Shown here: positions 40,323 to 49,844 of the stretch, piece by piece
Numbering within the stretch: the first letter of the stretch is position 1
How the letters are laid out: each line of letters starts with the position of its first letter
Assembly (NCBI GenBank): GCA_043803945.1
Contig: JAZDJN010000040.1
Coordinates: forward strand, 1-64,000
Source: a bacterium
GTDB lineage: Bacteria > Bacteroidota > Ignavibacteria > UBA10030
Direction of reading: 5' to 3'
DNA length: 64,000 bases
Program-made: the position numbers and the translations under genes
The notes under the pieces: model-generated
What the model was told of the DNA's origin: nothing
The model's input: the letters and a program-made list of their open reading frames with translations, nothing else
Database searches by the model: none

Positions 40323-41051
40323 ATGCATATGATGTTTGTCGATGAGTCTGGCGATCCAGGTTTTCCACAAACAGGAAGCTGGGATTCTTGGGGTGGAAGC
40401 AAGTTTTATTGCCGTCTAGGTGTGATAATTCATGGATGGCGATGGAAGGCTTGGAACGACAGACTTTTGCAGTTCAAAAGAAACAGGGGTTTAACTTGGG
40501 ATTTAGAAATCAAAGCTACTGACGTGAGATCTGGACGCCATGCATTCGTCGGATGGGACTATAACCGCAGGCAACTATTTATCCGTGATCTCGCTCAACT
40601 AGTCGGTAGTAACCAAGACATAACCTTACTAGGGGTGGCAATCGACAAACGACAAGTCACAGTCGGTGGCGCAGATCGAGTCGTCAAACCACAAGTTCGT
40701 TCTCTTGAATTACTTTTAGAACGATACAATTTATTCTTGAGGAATCAACGAGACAAGGCGGGCATCGTTGTTCTTGACCCAGTAAAAGAATCCGACGATG
40801 ATAATATTCGTTATTTCCAATCTTACCTACAGGCATTCTCGAACCATTTTAAGCCATTACACATAGTAGAGAGTACTTTCTTTGCCAAATCTCATACATC
40901 AAATCTAATTCAAGTGGCCGACTTCTGCACTAATATCTTCTATCGTGAAATGGCAAATGCCAGCAACACTATTGAGTGGAAAGCTTTATATCCGAGGTTC
41001 TGTAGACAGAATGGCAGGGTTGCTGGTTGCGGAATTAAAAAATGGCCATAA
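40323..41051 (+). CDS. DUF3800 domain protein (RNase H-like acidic motifs)
   Basis: N-terminal FVDESG, EIKA, and C-terminal S..S.LIQVADF and GIKKWP, characteristic of DUF3800. Confidence 0.9.
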   Translation: MHMMFVDESGDPGFPQTGSWDSWGGSKFYCRLGVIIHGWRWKAWNDRLLQFKRNRGLTWDLEIKATDVRSGRHAFVGWDYNRRQLFIRDLAQLVGSNQDITLLGVAIDKRQVTVGGADRVVKPQVRSLELLLERYNLFLRNQRDKAGIVVLDPVKESDDDNIRYFQSYLQAFSNHFKPLHIVESTFFAKSHTSNLIQVADFCTNIFYREMANASNTIEWKALYPRFCRQNGRVAGCGIKKWP

Positions 41052-41118
41052 ATAAAAAGGCGGCCAAGGAGACTTTCATCTCGCCAGTCGCACACTCGCG
41101 GCTGTCCTGGTCGCATTT
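41052..41118. ncRNA. Candidate DUF3800-associated structured RNA
   Basis: Three-way junction directly after the stop codon: GCGGCCAAGGA/TCCTGGTCGC closing stem plus two inner hairpins. DUF3800 RNA motifs are known at this position. Strand is ambiguous. Confidence 0.7.
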
Positions 41119-41311
41119 GTAATTAACAAAACGCATTTGAATAAGTCAAGTCGAATATCCAGAATATTTTTGCCTAATCTCCGTAGTATCAAAAACGGCG
41201 CAAAGCAACTAACAAATAGCGGCAGTGGTAACTACCCGCCCAGTAACATAGCGGGTTGGCAGACGTTACAACCGTATACGTTCCCTGCTTTCCTCAAGGC
41301 GCTGCCTAATG

Positions 41312-41338
41312 CTGGGAGGGAGTTCCAACTCCCGACCA
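41312..41338. repeat. REP-like element
   Basis: CTGGGAGGGAGTTCCAACTCCCGACCA. Confidence 0.8.
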
Positions 41339-41371
41339 CACAAGGATCCATTCCATATTTTCATTTTTCTT

Positions 41372-41700
41372 TGTCATTTTGATATTTGAGATTTGCTATT
41401 TGATTTTTTTCCCTGGTTTTCTCAAGTTTCTGGTGCTTGACAATCACTTCGATTTCAGGTAACATTTACTTGCATCGTGTAGGAGAACTGTAGGGACTGA
41501 GTTGTATGATGCACACCGAGAGAAGGCACGCCTTCGCAACCGAATGAAATCATAATAGGTTACCACGTAATACATTTTTCACACCCGATAGAAGCAAAAA
41601 GCGAAATTCGTTTTTGACACTCTTTTGCTATGGTAGACGCCATTCGTCCATGCCGCTCAGAGGGTATGATAATCGATATTCGTAGTTACAATAGTTATAT
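41372..41700 (+). promoter_or_regulatory. Repeated promoter plus leader, copy 3, ending in a candidate attI-like site
   Basis: TTGACA 41437, 17-bp spacer, TAACAT 41460. G|TTATAT at 41694 begins the first intact cassette with no recognisable attC hairpin before it. Confidence 0.7.
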
Positions 41701-41748
41701 GCAATTTGCGCACACGAAGAGTACACTCCATCTAACTATGAGGAAATT

Positions 41749-43704
41749 ATGGCTGATCGATCTAGACTTGTAAAAATGAGAATCCGAAACATCGGACCCA
41801 TCGGTGCTGACGGGCTGACTATCGCAATTGACAATATAGTTTGTCTCGTTGGTGCAAATAATACAGGAAAATCAACAGTACTAAGAGCATACGAGCTCGC
41901 CGTAGGGACGGAAAAGTTCTCCTCAGATTCCGATCTCTGCCAGACTGCGGACGATGAACCTGCATCAGTCGAAATATGGGTGCACATCCCTGAAGGTATC
42001 TCAAACATCGCAGAGAAATGGAAAACTCTAGAAGACGGATATCTTTTGGTACGAAGCAAGTGGGAATGGAAAAGAGAAAATGGATGGACCAAAGTCCGTA
42101 CCACTTGGGATCCTGAACTCAATGACTACTCAACGGAAGACAAGGCTAGCGGCCTCGATACAGTTTTCGCAAGCAGACTCCCAGTCCCCTTCCGCATAGG
42201 CTCACTTGAAGATCCAAAACAAGAGCATCAGAAGTTACTGATGCTGATATTGCAGCCTGTAGCTGATCGACTTCAGAAGCAGATTGCTAATCCGGATTCT
42301 GATTTATCCAAGGCAATCTCTGCTGTCTCACGTTTTGCTCAAGGACCTGTCGATGAAGAGAGCAATCGAATCCAAGAGCTAAAGGTTGATCTTAACAAAT
42401 CTCATAACGCCATTTTCCCCGACCTCTCCATAGACTTTGACATCAACCTCGGCGATGTTGAAATTAATCCCTTCCAGCAACTTCTTAAGAATTCATCTTT
42501 GATATTTAAGGAATGGGAGGCTCAGGTCAATTGGTCACAGCAGGGTACTGGTTCTCAAAGGGCGCTCTTTTGGACAATGCTACAAGTACGATCGCGACTC
42601 AAGGCGCTAGCAGACATTGCTGAACAGCAAAGAAAGTCCATTGAGGACAGCAAGAAAGCAATTAAGAAGCTCCAGGGTGAGGCAGATAAAGCAAAGAAAG
42701 AAGAAACCCGTACCGCAAAGGAAAGGGAAATCGAAGAGATCAAGAAACGAATGGAAGAAATTGGAAAAGCAGACGCAAATGCTTTACTCGTTTCGCAACA
42801 AAACGAACTCGCCCTACCTGGCTTTATGCTGCTTATTGATGAACCTGAAATTGCTCTGCATCCAAACGCTATTCGAGCCGCCAGTCGCTACTTGTACGCC
42901 CTTGCTGATGATCCTGCTTGGCAAATAATGCTCGCAACACACTCACCCGCATTCATAGACCCGCTGAGTGATCACACAACTATTGTGAGGCTTGATCGCA
43001 CTGCTACCAATCCTTCCCCTCTTACTTACAGATCAGACAGTGTTACATTTTCAGTTAACGAGAAGGAATCCCTCAAGATGTTGAATCGCTTCGACCTGTC
43101 CCTAGCAGAAATGTTCTTTGGTCAATATCCCATATTAATAGAAGGTGATACCGAGTTCGCCGCGTTTGAAGAGGTGATGAATCGCCAAAATGACATCTTC
43201 CCCACAAGTAAAAGACCGATCCTAATCAGGGCACGAGGAAAATACACAATGCTTCTGGTCATCCGAATCCTCCAAGAATTCAAGGTTCCCTTCTCTATCT
43301 TACACGACTCTGATTCTCCTCTTCGTCGAGACGGATCCAAGAGTGGCGCGTGGAAAGCAAACATTGACATTGAATCTCTCTTAAAGAGTCTTAGAGTTTC
43401 GGGTATCCGTGTTGTACATCGAATCTCACTTCCAAACTTCGAGTTCGCATTTTTACCGCTTCAAAGGTCCACAGAAGGTGTAATTATTGAGACATCGAGC
43501 AAGAACAAACCTTGGAGGGCTTTCGAACAGGTCAAATCGGATGCAACAGTCCGGGCTGACATAACCAAGCTTCTGATTGAACTCGTTGATCCAAAGTCCA
43601 GACAAGATCCGTTTGATGGCGATCTTCTAACTGAACTTCAAAGGGAGCTTACAGATTGGGTTACACTTAATAAGATTGACGATAAACGCTTCGCTTTCAA
43701 ATAG
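41749..43704 (+). CDS. OLD-family ATP-dependent endonuclease (ABC-ATPase + TOPRIM), cassette-borne
   Basis: GANNTGKS, QGTGSQR, LLIDEPEIALHP and ATHSP; TOPRIM motifs IEGDTE and HDSD. Confidence 0.9.
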   Translation: MADRSRLVKMRIRNIGPIGADGLTIAIDNIVCLVGANNTGKSTVLRAYELAVGTEKFSSDSDLCQTADDEPASVEIWVHIPEGISNIAEKWKTLEDGYLLVRSKWEWKRENGWTKVRTTWDPELNDYSTEDKASGLDTVFASRLPVPFRIGSLEDPKQEHQKLLMLILQPVADRLQKQIANPDSDLSKAISAVSRFAQGPVDEESNRIQELKVDLNKSHNAIFPDLSIDFDINLGDVEINPFQQLLKNSSLIFKEWEAQVNWSQQGTGSQRALFWTMLQVRSRLKALADIAEQQRKSIEDSKKAIKKLQGEADKAKKEETRTAKEREIEEIKKRMEEIGKADANALLVSQQNELALPGFMLLIDEPEIALHPNAIRAASRYLYALADDPAWQIMLATHSPAFIDPLSDHTTIVRLDRTATNPSPLTYRSDSVTFSVNEKESLKMLNRFDLSLAEMFFGQYPILIEGDTEFAAFEEVMNRQNDIFPTSKRPILIRARGKYTMLLVIRILQEFKVPFSILHDSDSPLRRDGSKSGAWKANIDIESLLKSLRVSGIRVVHRISLPNFEFAFLPLQRSTEGVIIETSSKNKPWRAFEQVKSDATVRADITKLLIELVDPKSRQDPFDGDLLTELQRELTDWVTLNKIDDKRFAFK

Positions 43705-43736
43705 CGTTAGATTTTTAAAATGAGTGCGCAAACTGC

Positions 43737-43867
43737 ATATAACACGCCGCACCACGTCGCTCCGTTATTTGAAGAGGATTAAAGTCGTCGCTCAATGGCA
43801 CGCCTTCGCAGGAAATTGATTTATTATAGCTCGGCGTGCCACTGCGTGGTGCGGCGAAACGTTAGGC
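43737..43867 (+). repeat. attC site
   Basis: ATATAAC, CGCCGCACCACG / CGTGGTGCGGCG perfect 12-bp arms, GTTAGGC. Confidence 0.85.
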
Positions 43868-43870
43868 GCA

Positions 43871-44644
43871 ATGTCCGCCAGCACTGTCGACGATTCCGGT
43901 GAGTTCACGAAGGTTCCTATGTCCATCTCGGTCATCGTTCCCGCCTACAACGAAGACGGTGGGATTTCCCATACACTGGAATGCATCAACATAGCCAAGA
44001 ACTATCTCCGTGAGCGAGACGGACCATCTGTGGACATTCTCGTCGTCGACAATGCGAGCACAGATCGAACAGGCGAAGCGGCTAGAGGTTCGAACGTGCG
44101 CGTTATTCAGGAAGCAGTCCGTGGCGTGGCGAACGCACGCAATGCAGGAGCAAGGACTGCCCAGGGTGATATTCTTGTCTTTATAGATGCTGACGTAGTC
44201 GTTCCAGAAACCACATTGTGGAGAGTCTTCCAAGTTATGTCAAATCCACGTTGCATCGGTGGTGCCGTCAATACACATTATCAACCGACCAGTACTCTGG
44301 TCAAGCGTTACTTGGAAGCATGGCGGGCCCTTGGAAGTCTGTTGCGTATGTCTCAAGGGGCAGTCCAGTTTTGCCGACGTGAGTCCTTTCTTTCCCTTGG
44401 CGGATACGATGAGACATTCTATATGGGCGAAGATGTCGATTTTTATTGGCGTCTCACTAGAAAGGCAAGAAAGCAAGGTTTCCACGTCTGTCTTATCGAC
44501 GATATACGAGTTATTCCTTCGTCCCGAAGATTCGATCAATGGCCATTGTGGCGAACACTTCTTTGGACAAATCCAATTGTTGTCTTCTTGTTTCGTCGCC
44601 GAAGGGAAGTCTGGGGTGGCTGGTACAAACTCCCACCAAGGTAA
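43871..44644 (+). CDS. Glycosyltransferase family 2, cassette-borne (start may be 43919)
   Basis: ISVIVPAYNE, VVDNASTD, ARNAG, FIDAD and GEDVD motifs. Confidence 0.9.
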   Translation: MSASTVDDSGEFTKVPMSISVIVPAYNEDGGISHTLECINIAKNYLRERDGPSVDILVVDNASTDRTGEAARGSNVRVIQEAVRGVANARNAGARTAQGDILVFIDADVVVPETTLWRVFQVMSNPRCIGGAVNTHYQPTSTLVKRYLEAWRALGSLLRMSQGAVQFCRRESFLSLGGYDETFYMGEDVDFYWRLTRKARKQGFHVCLIDDIRVIPSSRRFDQWPLWRTLLWTNPIVVFLFRRRREVWGGWYKLPPR

Positions 44645-44668
44645 CCGAGGCGTGCTGGTGTCCACTGC

Positions 44669-44841
44669 GCCTAACAAACGGCAAGCCGGTTTGCCCCGCT
44701 TCGCGGGGCGCTCGCTCTCTGGATAGGCAAATGTGAAACAGATTTTGGCTCAATAATAAGTGCTCGCTCCATTTCGTGCCGCCACAGAATTTATTTTTCG
44801 TAGTGGCGGCACTCAACGGCGCAAGCACTCACACGTTATGT
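44669..44841 (+). repeat. attC site with mismatched outer arms
   Basis: GCCTAAC...GTTATGT with internal hairpins; left arm GGCAAGCCG, right arm CGCAAGCAC. Confidence 0.8.
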
Positions 44842-44888
44842 GCCACGCAACCTTATCGGAATTTAGTAATTAACCAAGGAGAGAAGCC

Positions 44889-45521
44889 ATGAATACAAAC
44901 CTCAGCTTAAGAAATACCATCTTGGTTTTTCTGGCCGTTCTCTCAACAACATCGCTCCTTGCTCAAACAAGAGAGAATGACATATCCATAAATGCCCGCG
45001 GGGTTACTTTGGGCTCTTTTATACTTAAGGTTCCCAGTGATTGGCAAGACTTCCCCACGATCGTGACAGATGCACTTCGCGATCGATATAATCTCCAAAT
45101 CGAAGTGCTGTGTCGAACTAATTATGACACATTAAGTCTATCGAAGGTGGAGGACATTGTCGCTTTTCATATAAAAGACTATGAAGGTTCGTTTTCAATT
45201 GTGTATTTTAAAATCACACCTGGATCGAAGCTTTTAAATTTACTCAGGAATCAAGCTAAGGAAAGGGCAAAGTTTGACAATCATCGTAGCGACTTTAAGT
45301 ACTCGGATCCTGTTCCAATCAATGATGAACGGTTTTTGGGATTCTATACTATATCCAGAGGATCGCTCGATAGAGTAGAAATCTCTGGAAGTCTTGAGCA
45401 CAAAAAGTTGAAAAACACTTTAATTCAATTTACACTCCGCTGCCCAAGGTCTTGGGATGAATATAGAGCCTCAACTACTTTTTCCTCTATTATTCAATGG
45501 ATTACATTTAAAGGAAACTGA
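44889..45521 (+). CDS. Hypothetical secreted protein, cassette-borne
   Basis: AAGGAG RBS and signal peptide; lies between two attC sites. Confidence 0.75.
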   Translation: MNTNLSLRNTILVFLAVLSTTSLLAQTRENDISINARGVTLGSFILKVPSDWQDFPTIVTDALRDRYNLQIEVLCRTNYDTLSLSKVEDIVAFHIKDYEGSFSIVYFKITPGSKLLNLLRNQAKERAKFDNHRSDFKYSDPVPINDERFLGFYTISRGSLDRVEISGSLEHKKLKNTLIQFTLRCPRSWDEYRASTTFSSIIQWITFKGN

Positions 45522-45547
45522 CAATATATTTGCATCGGCTACGCGGC

Positions 45548-45692
45548 AGCTAACAATCGTGCTTGCGACGTCCGCCTACGCAAGAAACGCTTCCGCCTGT
45601 GCTATGCTTCGGCAGACCGGCTCCCCCCAGTAAGATGGCGGGACGGCCCCGATAGACATCATCGGGGCAGGCGTTTTGCCTTATCGTTATGT
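45548..45692 (+). repeat. attC-like repeat, palindrome-filled family
   Basis: AGCTAAC-AATC-GTGCTTGCGACG...CCCCGATAGACATCATCGGGG-CAGGCGTTTTGCC..GTTATGT. Confidence 0.8.
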
Positions 45693-45726
45693 GAAAATAT
45701 GCCGCATCAAGTTTTGCTTTTATTGG

Positions 45727-46032
45727 CTAAATAAGATGATCCAGATTTCTCGATCCGTGGACAACGCGGTGTATTTCTATTGTTTGCCCACGTATTATGT
45801 AGAAGACGAGGAACGACTCGACAATTAGCACTCGATATCCATATTCCCTGAGTTTCAGGTGCCGAGGCACTCGACCTAAGAGCGGGTGTTGCTCAAGAAG
45901 TCCAACACGCTTGTCGAGTTTCTCGATAAAGGTCAGTGCTCGACCTGGACTATCCTTGGCAATAAAATCGAAAATGGAAATCAGATCGTCTTGCGCAACG
46001 GGAAGATATCGTATTGTAGCTTTAACGGGCAT
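45727..46032 (-). CDS. RelE/ParE family toxin
   Basis: A.DDL..IFDFIAKDSP, P.LGR, YRVLIV..FLVFY and RVVHGSR motifs. Confidence 0.92.
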   Translation of the reverse strand: MPVKATIRYLPVAQDDLISIFDFIAKDSPGRALTFIEKLDKRVGLLEQHPLLGRVPRHLKLREYGYRVLIVESFLVFYIIRGQTIEIHRVVHGSRNLDHLI

Positions 46033-46291
46033 TGGCTCGGTTTCGCAGCTTAGACATCATTTCTTTATGAGTGATGCCCTTCTTAACTGCAACTGACTGT
46101 GTTTGTGCAACACCAAGTTTCTCAAATAGTTCAATTTGAGCTTTCAGGCGTTCATAATGATCTATACTCATAACAACCAGATCCCCTTCTCCATTGGTCG
46201 TAAGATATACAGGTTCATCTTGATCGTGGCAAATGGTGGCGATTTCACGCGTCCGATTACGCATACTTGAAATGGATTTGATAATTGGCAT
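46022..46291 (-). CDS. Phd/YefM family antitoxin
   Basis: IKSISSMRN and EPVYLTTNG....VVMS motifs; overlaps the toxin start. Confidence 0.92.
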   Translation of the reverse strand: MPIIKSISSMRNRTREIATICHDQDEPVYLTTNGEGDLVVMSIDHYERLKAQIELFEKLGVAQTQSVAVKKGITHKEMMSKLRNRANAR

Positions 46292-46369
46292 AGGTTTCTC
46301 CTAATTATATTTGTGTACAAATTAATACCTAATTCTGATACAATCAAGTATTTATATGCGGCGCACTTC

Positions 46370-46563
46370 TCATGGCAACCGTGCTTGCGACGCCCGCCTG
46401 CACACAAAACGCTTCCGCCTGCGCTACGCTCCGGTGGACAGGTCGGCGGGTAAACTCGCTCCATTGCGTCCCGCCATCCCGTTGCGATCTGATCGCAGCG
46501 GGAGCGGCTCGCAACGGCCCCGATAGACATCATCGGGGCAGACGTTTTGCCTAAACGTTATGT
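46370..46563 (+). repeat. attC-like repeat with mutated left box
   Basis: TCATGGC where TCATAAC is expected, then GTGCTTGCGACG, nested hairpins, and CGTTTTGCCTAAACGTTATGT. Confidence 0.75.
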
Positions 46564-46659
46564 GAAAATGGCGGCACGCAGATTTGATTCACACCCGGTG
46601 CAATCGTAACTTGTAGTACGAACGATGCGACTAGAATCACAAACCAAATATAGAACACT

Positions 46660-47304
46660 ATGGAACAACCAACTCGGCTTGATCCAAAGCATATAAATGC
46701 CAAAGTCAAACTCCCTTATGATCTAACAGTTGAAGAAGTGACAAAGGCTGTCTCTGAGACATATCGGCTATTCAATGGTGTTAACAATTTTCTAACGACC
46801 AGCGGCTTCCGACCGCTCGAAGAGTTACTGCTTGGAAATTCACTCTCAGGAATACTATCCGAATTTCTCGTAAAGAATATTGCCAGAGCGTCCCACTCCC
46901 TCGTTGCGAATCTCAAGGTAGGCGGTCATCCAGATCTGTTACCTAAGGGCTTCTATTCTTCTAATCTTATTCTGTAAGGTAAAGAGGGCATCGAAGTCAA
47001 GTCTTCTATTCAGAGAGGGGGCTGGCAGGGACACAATCCGGAAAAATGCTGGCTGATGGTCTTCCGCTATGTTGTGGGTAAGCAGACTGGCGGGGAAATC
47101 GTTCCACTGAAGTTTGTTGAGATTCTCTGTGCCAAACTGACAAAAAAAGATTGCTCGTTCTCTGGTCGCAAAGGCGCATCAAGACGAACTCCGACTGCAT
47201 CGATCACAACATCAGGCGTAGAAAAGCTGCGAAGTAATTTTCTTTACAGATTGCCGGACTATGGGGTCGGCAGGCACCAAAATATTTTAGCTCAACACAA
47301 ATAG
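46660..47304 (+). pseudogene. PD-(D/E)xK restriction endonuclease with one in-frame stop
   Basis: ORFs 46660-46977 and 47056-47304 share a frame. Read-through of TAA 46975-46977 gives HPDLLP...GIEVKSS..GGWQGHN. Convergent with a methyltransferase. Confidence 0.82.
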
Positions 47305-48534
47305 TTCTTCTTGCGACCCGACCAATGTCTCTGGAATTGATACATTGCCACCGTTGGTTGTTGGCAAGATTGTGAGTTGTGGAATTGCTTTCACCGCAAT
47401 TCGATAAAACTCAGGGTCTGATTCGATCCCAATGCTCTTGTAACCGACAGCGCAAGCCGCAGCAATCGTTGAGCCTGCTCCCATAAACGGATCAAGAATG
47501 ATACCTTGACCAAGCGGCAAAGCTGCCCTCACGATCTGGCGCATAAAGGCTTGCGGTTTCAATGAAGGATGCGGAGCGATTTCTCGCTCACCTGTTCTCG
47601 TCGGAGAACTTTTGATTACGTCGCAGAACGGTTGATTGTCCGAAACCCGACGTAGTCCGCCTGTTTTCCATTTGCGCAGGTTATCTTGAACTCGACCTTC
47701 ACACCGCTTTCTAAAAAGGCCCCAAGGTTCCCAACAGGAACGGGGCATAACAGTTACGTCACTGAATTCCTTGTGTGCATTCTTTGGCCTGTCTCCGCCA
47801 CGAAGCGTTTGAACCAAGCGAATGATTTCTCCACGCTTCTCAAATCCAGCTTTCTCGATCGCTTCATACACTATGTGAGAAAGTAATGGATTGGTAGCAA
47901 TGAAAATGTGCCCACCGGGGACAAGAACTTTGTGGGCCTTTTGTGCCCAGTCCAAAAAGAACCGTTTCAACTCATTCTTCTCTTCTTGGTTGAGCACTGT
48001 GAATCTCGGCAAGGGTTGTCGTTCATATCCATCAAGTTTCGGTGGAATTCGCCAGACTCCACCATTACCGTTTCGGAGTTTGGCTTTTTCAGTCGCTGTG
48101 TATTCCTTCAATCCATAAGGTGGATCGGTCACAATTGCGTGGATGCTATTGCTCTTTCGTTCATCGAGCCATTTGAAGCAATCTTTTTGCTCCAATTCAT
48201 AGTGAGTCTTGTGTGCGGTTGAGAGGGCTTTATCGTACTCTCCGAATGTCTCACGGAGAACGGCTGGCGCCGCCACCGGATTTGTATACAATATCTTTTC
48301 AATGTCTGAGGGAAGATACCCGGCAAGTATGCCAAGTTTCGTTGAATCCAGTTTGAGCAACTTTGCGAGTTTCTTAACCATCGTCACTGATGGGACGGTT
48401 TTACCGGACTCAAGACGAGACAGATAACCTTTTGTGACTTTCAGCCGGGAACTTAGATGAGATATTGGTAAATTTAGTTGTTTACGCTGATGCTTTACCG
48501 CTTCACCAAAGTCGATTGTATGAATGGATCTCAT
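47287..48534 (-). CDS. N4/N6 DNA methyltransferase (beta class) with N-terminal XRE HTH
   Basis: GYLSRLESG HTH; TDPPY precedes HPSLKP and DPFMGAGS. RBS lies before ATG 48534. Confidence 0.92.
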   Translation of the reverse strand: MRSIHTIDFGEAVKHQRKQLNLPISHLSSRLKVTKGYLSRLESGKTVPSVTMVKKLAKLLKLDSTKLGILAGYLPSDIEKILYTNPVAAPAVLRETFGEYDKALSTAHKTHYELEQKDCFKWLDERKSNSIHAIVTDPPYGLKEYTATEKAKLRNGNGGVWRIPPKLDGYERQPLPRFTVLNQEEKNELKRFFLDWAQKAHKVLVPGGHIFIATNPLLSHIVYEAIEKAGFEKRGEIIRLVQTLRGGDRPKNAHKEFSDVTVMPRSCWEPWGLFRKRCEGRVQDNLRKWKTGGLRRVSDNQPFCDVIKSSPTRTGEREIAPHPSLKPQAFMRQIVRAALPLGQGIILDPFMGAGSTIAAACAVGYKSIGIESDPEFYRIAVKAIPQLTILPTTNGGNVSIPETLVGSQEELFVLS

Positions 48535-48562
48535 AGCTTGATTCCTTTCGATTCCGATGGAT

Positions 48563-48591
48563 AATATAATACAGTTTACCAAATTAGTCAA
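48563..48591 (-). promoter_or_regulatory. sigma70 promoter of the methyltransferase
   Basis: Minus strand TTGACT, 17-bp spacer, TATATT. Confidence 0.65.
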
Positions 48592-48672
48592 CTTTTCAGT
48601 ACATATGAGAATACGGGCCACCACTTCACATAACAGACTTTTTCGGAAGCTTAATCAGCTTTGAGATAAGTA

Positions 48673-49360
48673 ATGTCAATCGAAACTACATTTCTAATCA
48701 GTCTCGCAACGTTTCTTGTTGGTCTTGGTATCGCTTGACTCGTCATACATCGAAGACAACAAGATGGCAACTACGAAGATGCAAAGTATCTCTATGAACA
48801 CGCAAAGTCTTACTTAGATCAGAACGATACCACAATGGCGTTAGTGTTGCTATCCGAATCAAAGACATATTGGGAGACGCACGATCTATAACCTCATGGC
48901 GCTTGCTTTCGAGAAACTTCATCGCTTCGCTGACGCTGCCTACTATTACGACATGGCGATATCACCAATCCTTAAGCGGAAGTCAAACTATCAGACGTAC
49001 TATTACTATCGTTCTGCCTGGGCATACTCGAAAGCGGGCAACTGGGAGTTCGCCTTTATCCGATCCGACACGGCCGTGACTTGCATTCAGAAAGGATCAC
49101 TTCCGAGGTACTTAGGGAATGCAGATTATGAAGATGAAGTACGAGAGATGCGAATGGTGTCCTGTTTGCATCATTTCCATGGTACACAGGCATTCGAGTC
49201 GGCTCGTCCAGACATCGATTGGATCTTATCGAACTCGAAGTTTAGATACCACGGCTTAGCATCATCAATTCAAAAAGTCAACAAATCGATTCCCGTAATT
49301 GCCAAAGAGTTCGACAAGCTGACAGTCAATCCTATTATTGAAAACATTCATCGAAATTAG
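48673..49360 (+). pseudogene. Membrane-anchored TPR-like protein, disrupted
   Basis: ATG 48673 and a TM helix, TGA at 48736, frameshift near 48890 into the 48896-49360 frame. Confidence 0.65.
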
Positions 49361-49391
49361 AGAGGGTACTTCAGCACGCAACACAACGACC

Positions 49392-49516
49392 GCCTAACAA
49401 TCGTGCTTGCGACGCCCGCCTACACTCCGTTTCGGTGGGCAGGCTCCCGCCCAGTAAGATGGCAGGACGGCCCCGATAGACATCATCGGGACAGGCGTTT
49501 TGTCTAAACGTTTGGC
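49392..49516 (+). repeat. attC-like repeat, palindrome-filled family
   Basis: GCCTAAC-AATC-GTGCTTGCGACG...GGCGTTTTGTCTAAAC-GTTTGGC. Confidence 0.8.
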
Positions 49517-49535
49517 GGCAGGTGCCGAACAGGGA

Positions 49536-49844
49536 TTAGAAGAAGCTTAAATAGTCTCGTGCACCGTGAAGAATTCTATGCACGTATATTTTCTGTTCTT
49601 CGATGGTATAGAAAATGAGATAGTTCTGCACTACGAGGTAGCGATATCCTAATCGGGCAAGCTCTTCTTCCTTAGGTACTCTACCGAGGTGTGGATTTTT
49701 TGAAAGGAGAGATAAGTTCTTTTCTATTTTATCGGCAAGGACTTCAGCGGCTGATGGTCGATCAGCAGCAACGTATGTGACAATCTCTGTAAGATCGTCC
49801 TCAGCGATCCGAAGTAGGCGTATGGAATAGTCAGGATGATTCAC
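49536..49844 (-). CDS. RelE/ParE family toxin
   Basis: AEDDLTEI, NPHLGR, YRYLVVQNYLIFY and RILHGARD motifs. Confidence 0.92.
   Translation of the reverse strand: MNHPDYSIRLLRIAEDDLTEIVTYVAADRPSAAEVLADKIEKNLSLLSKNPHLGRVPKEEELARLGYRYLVVQNYLIFYTIEEQKIYVHRILHGARDYLSFF

Noticed and set aside
39978-41700. Integrase remnant on the minus strand of the repeated promoter module
   Set aside because: The part I translated by hand gave only a short ORF with no tyrosine-recombinase motifs.
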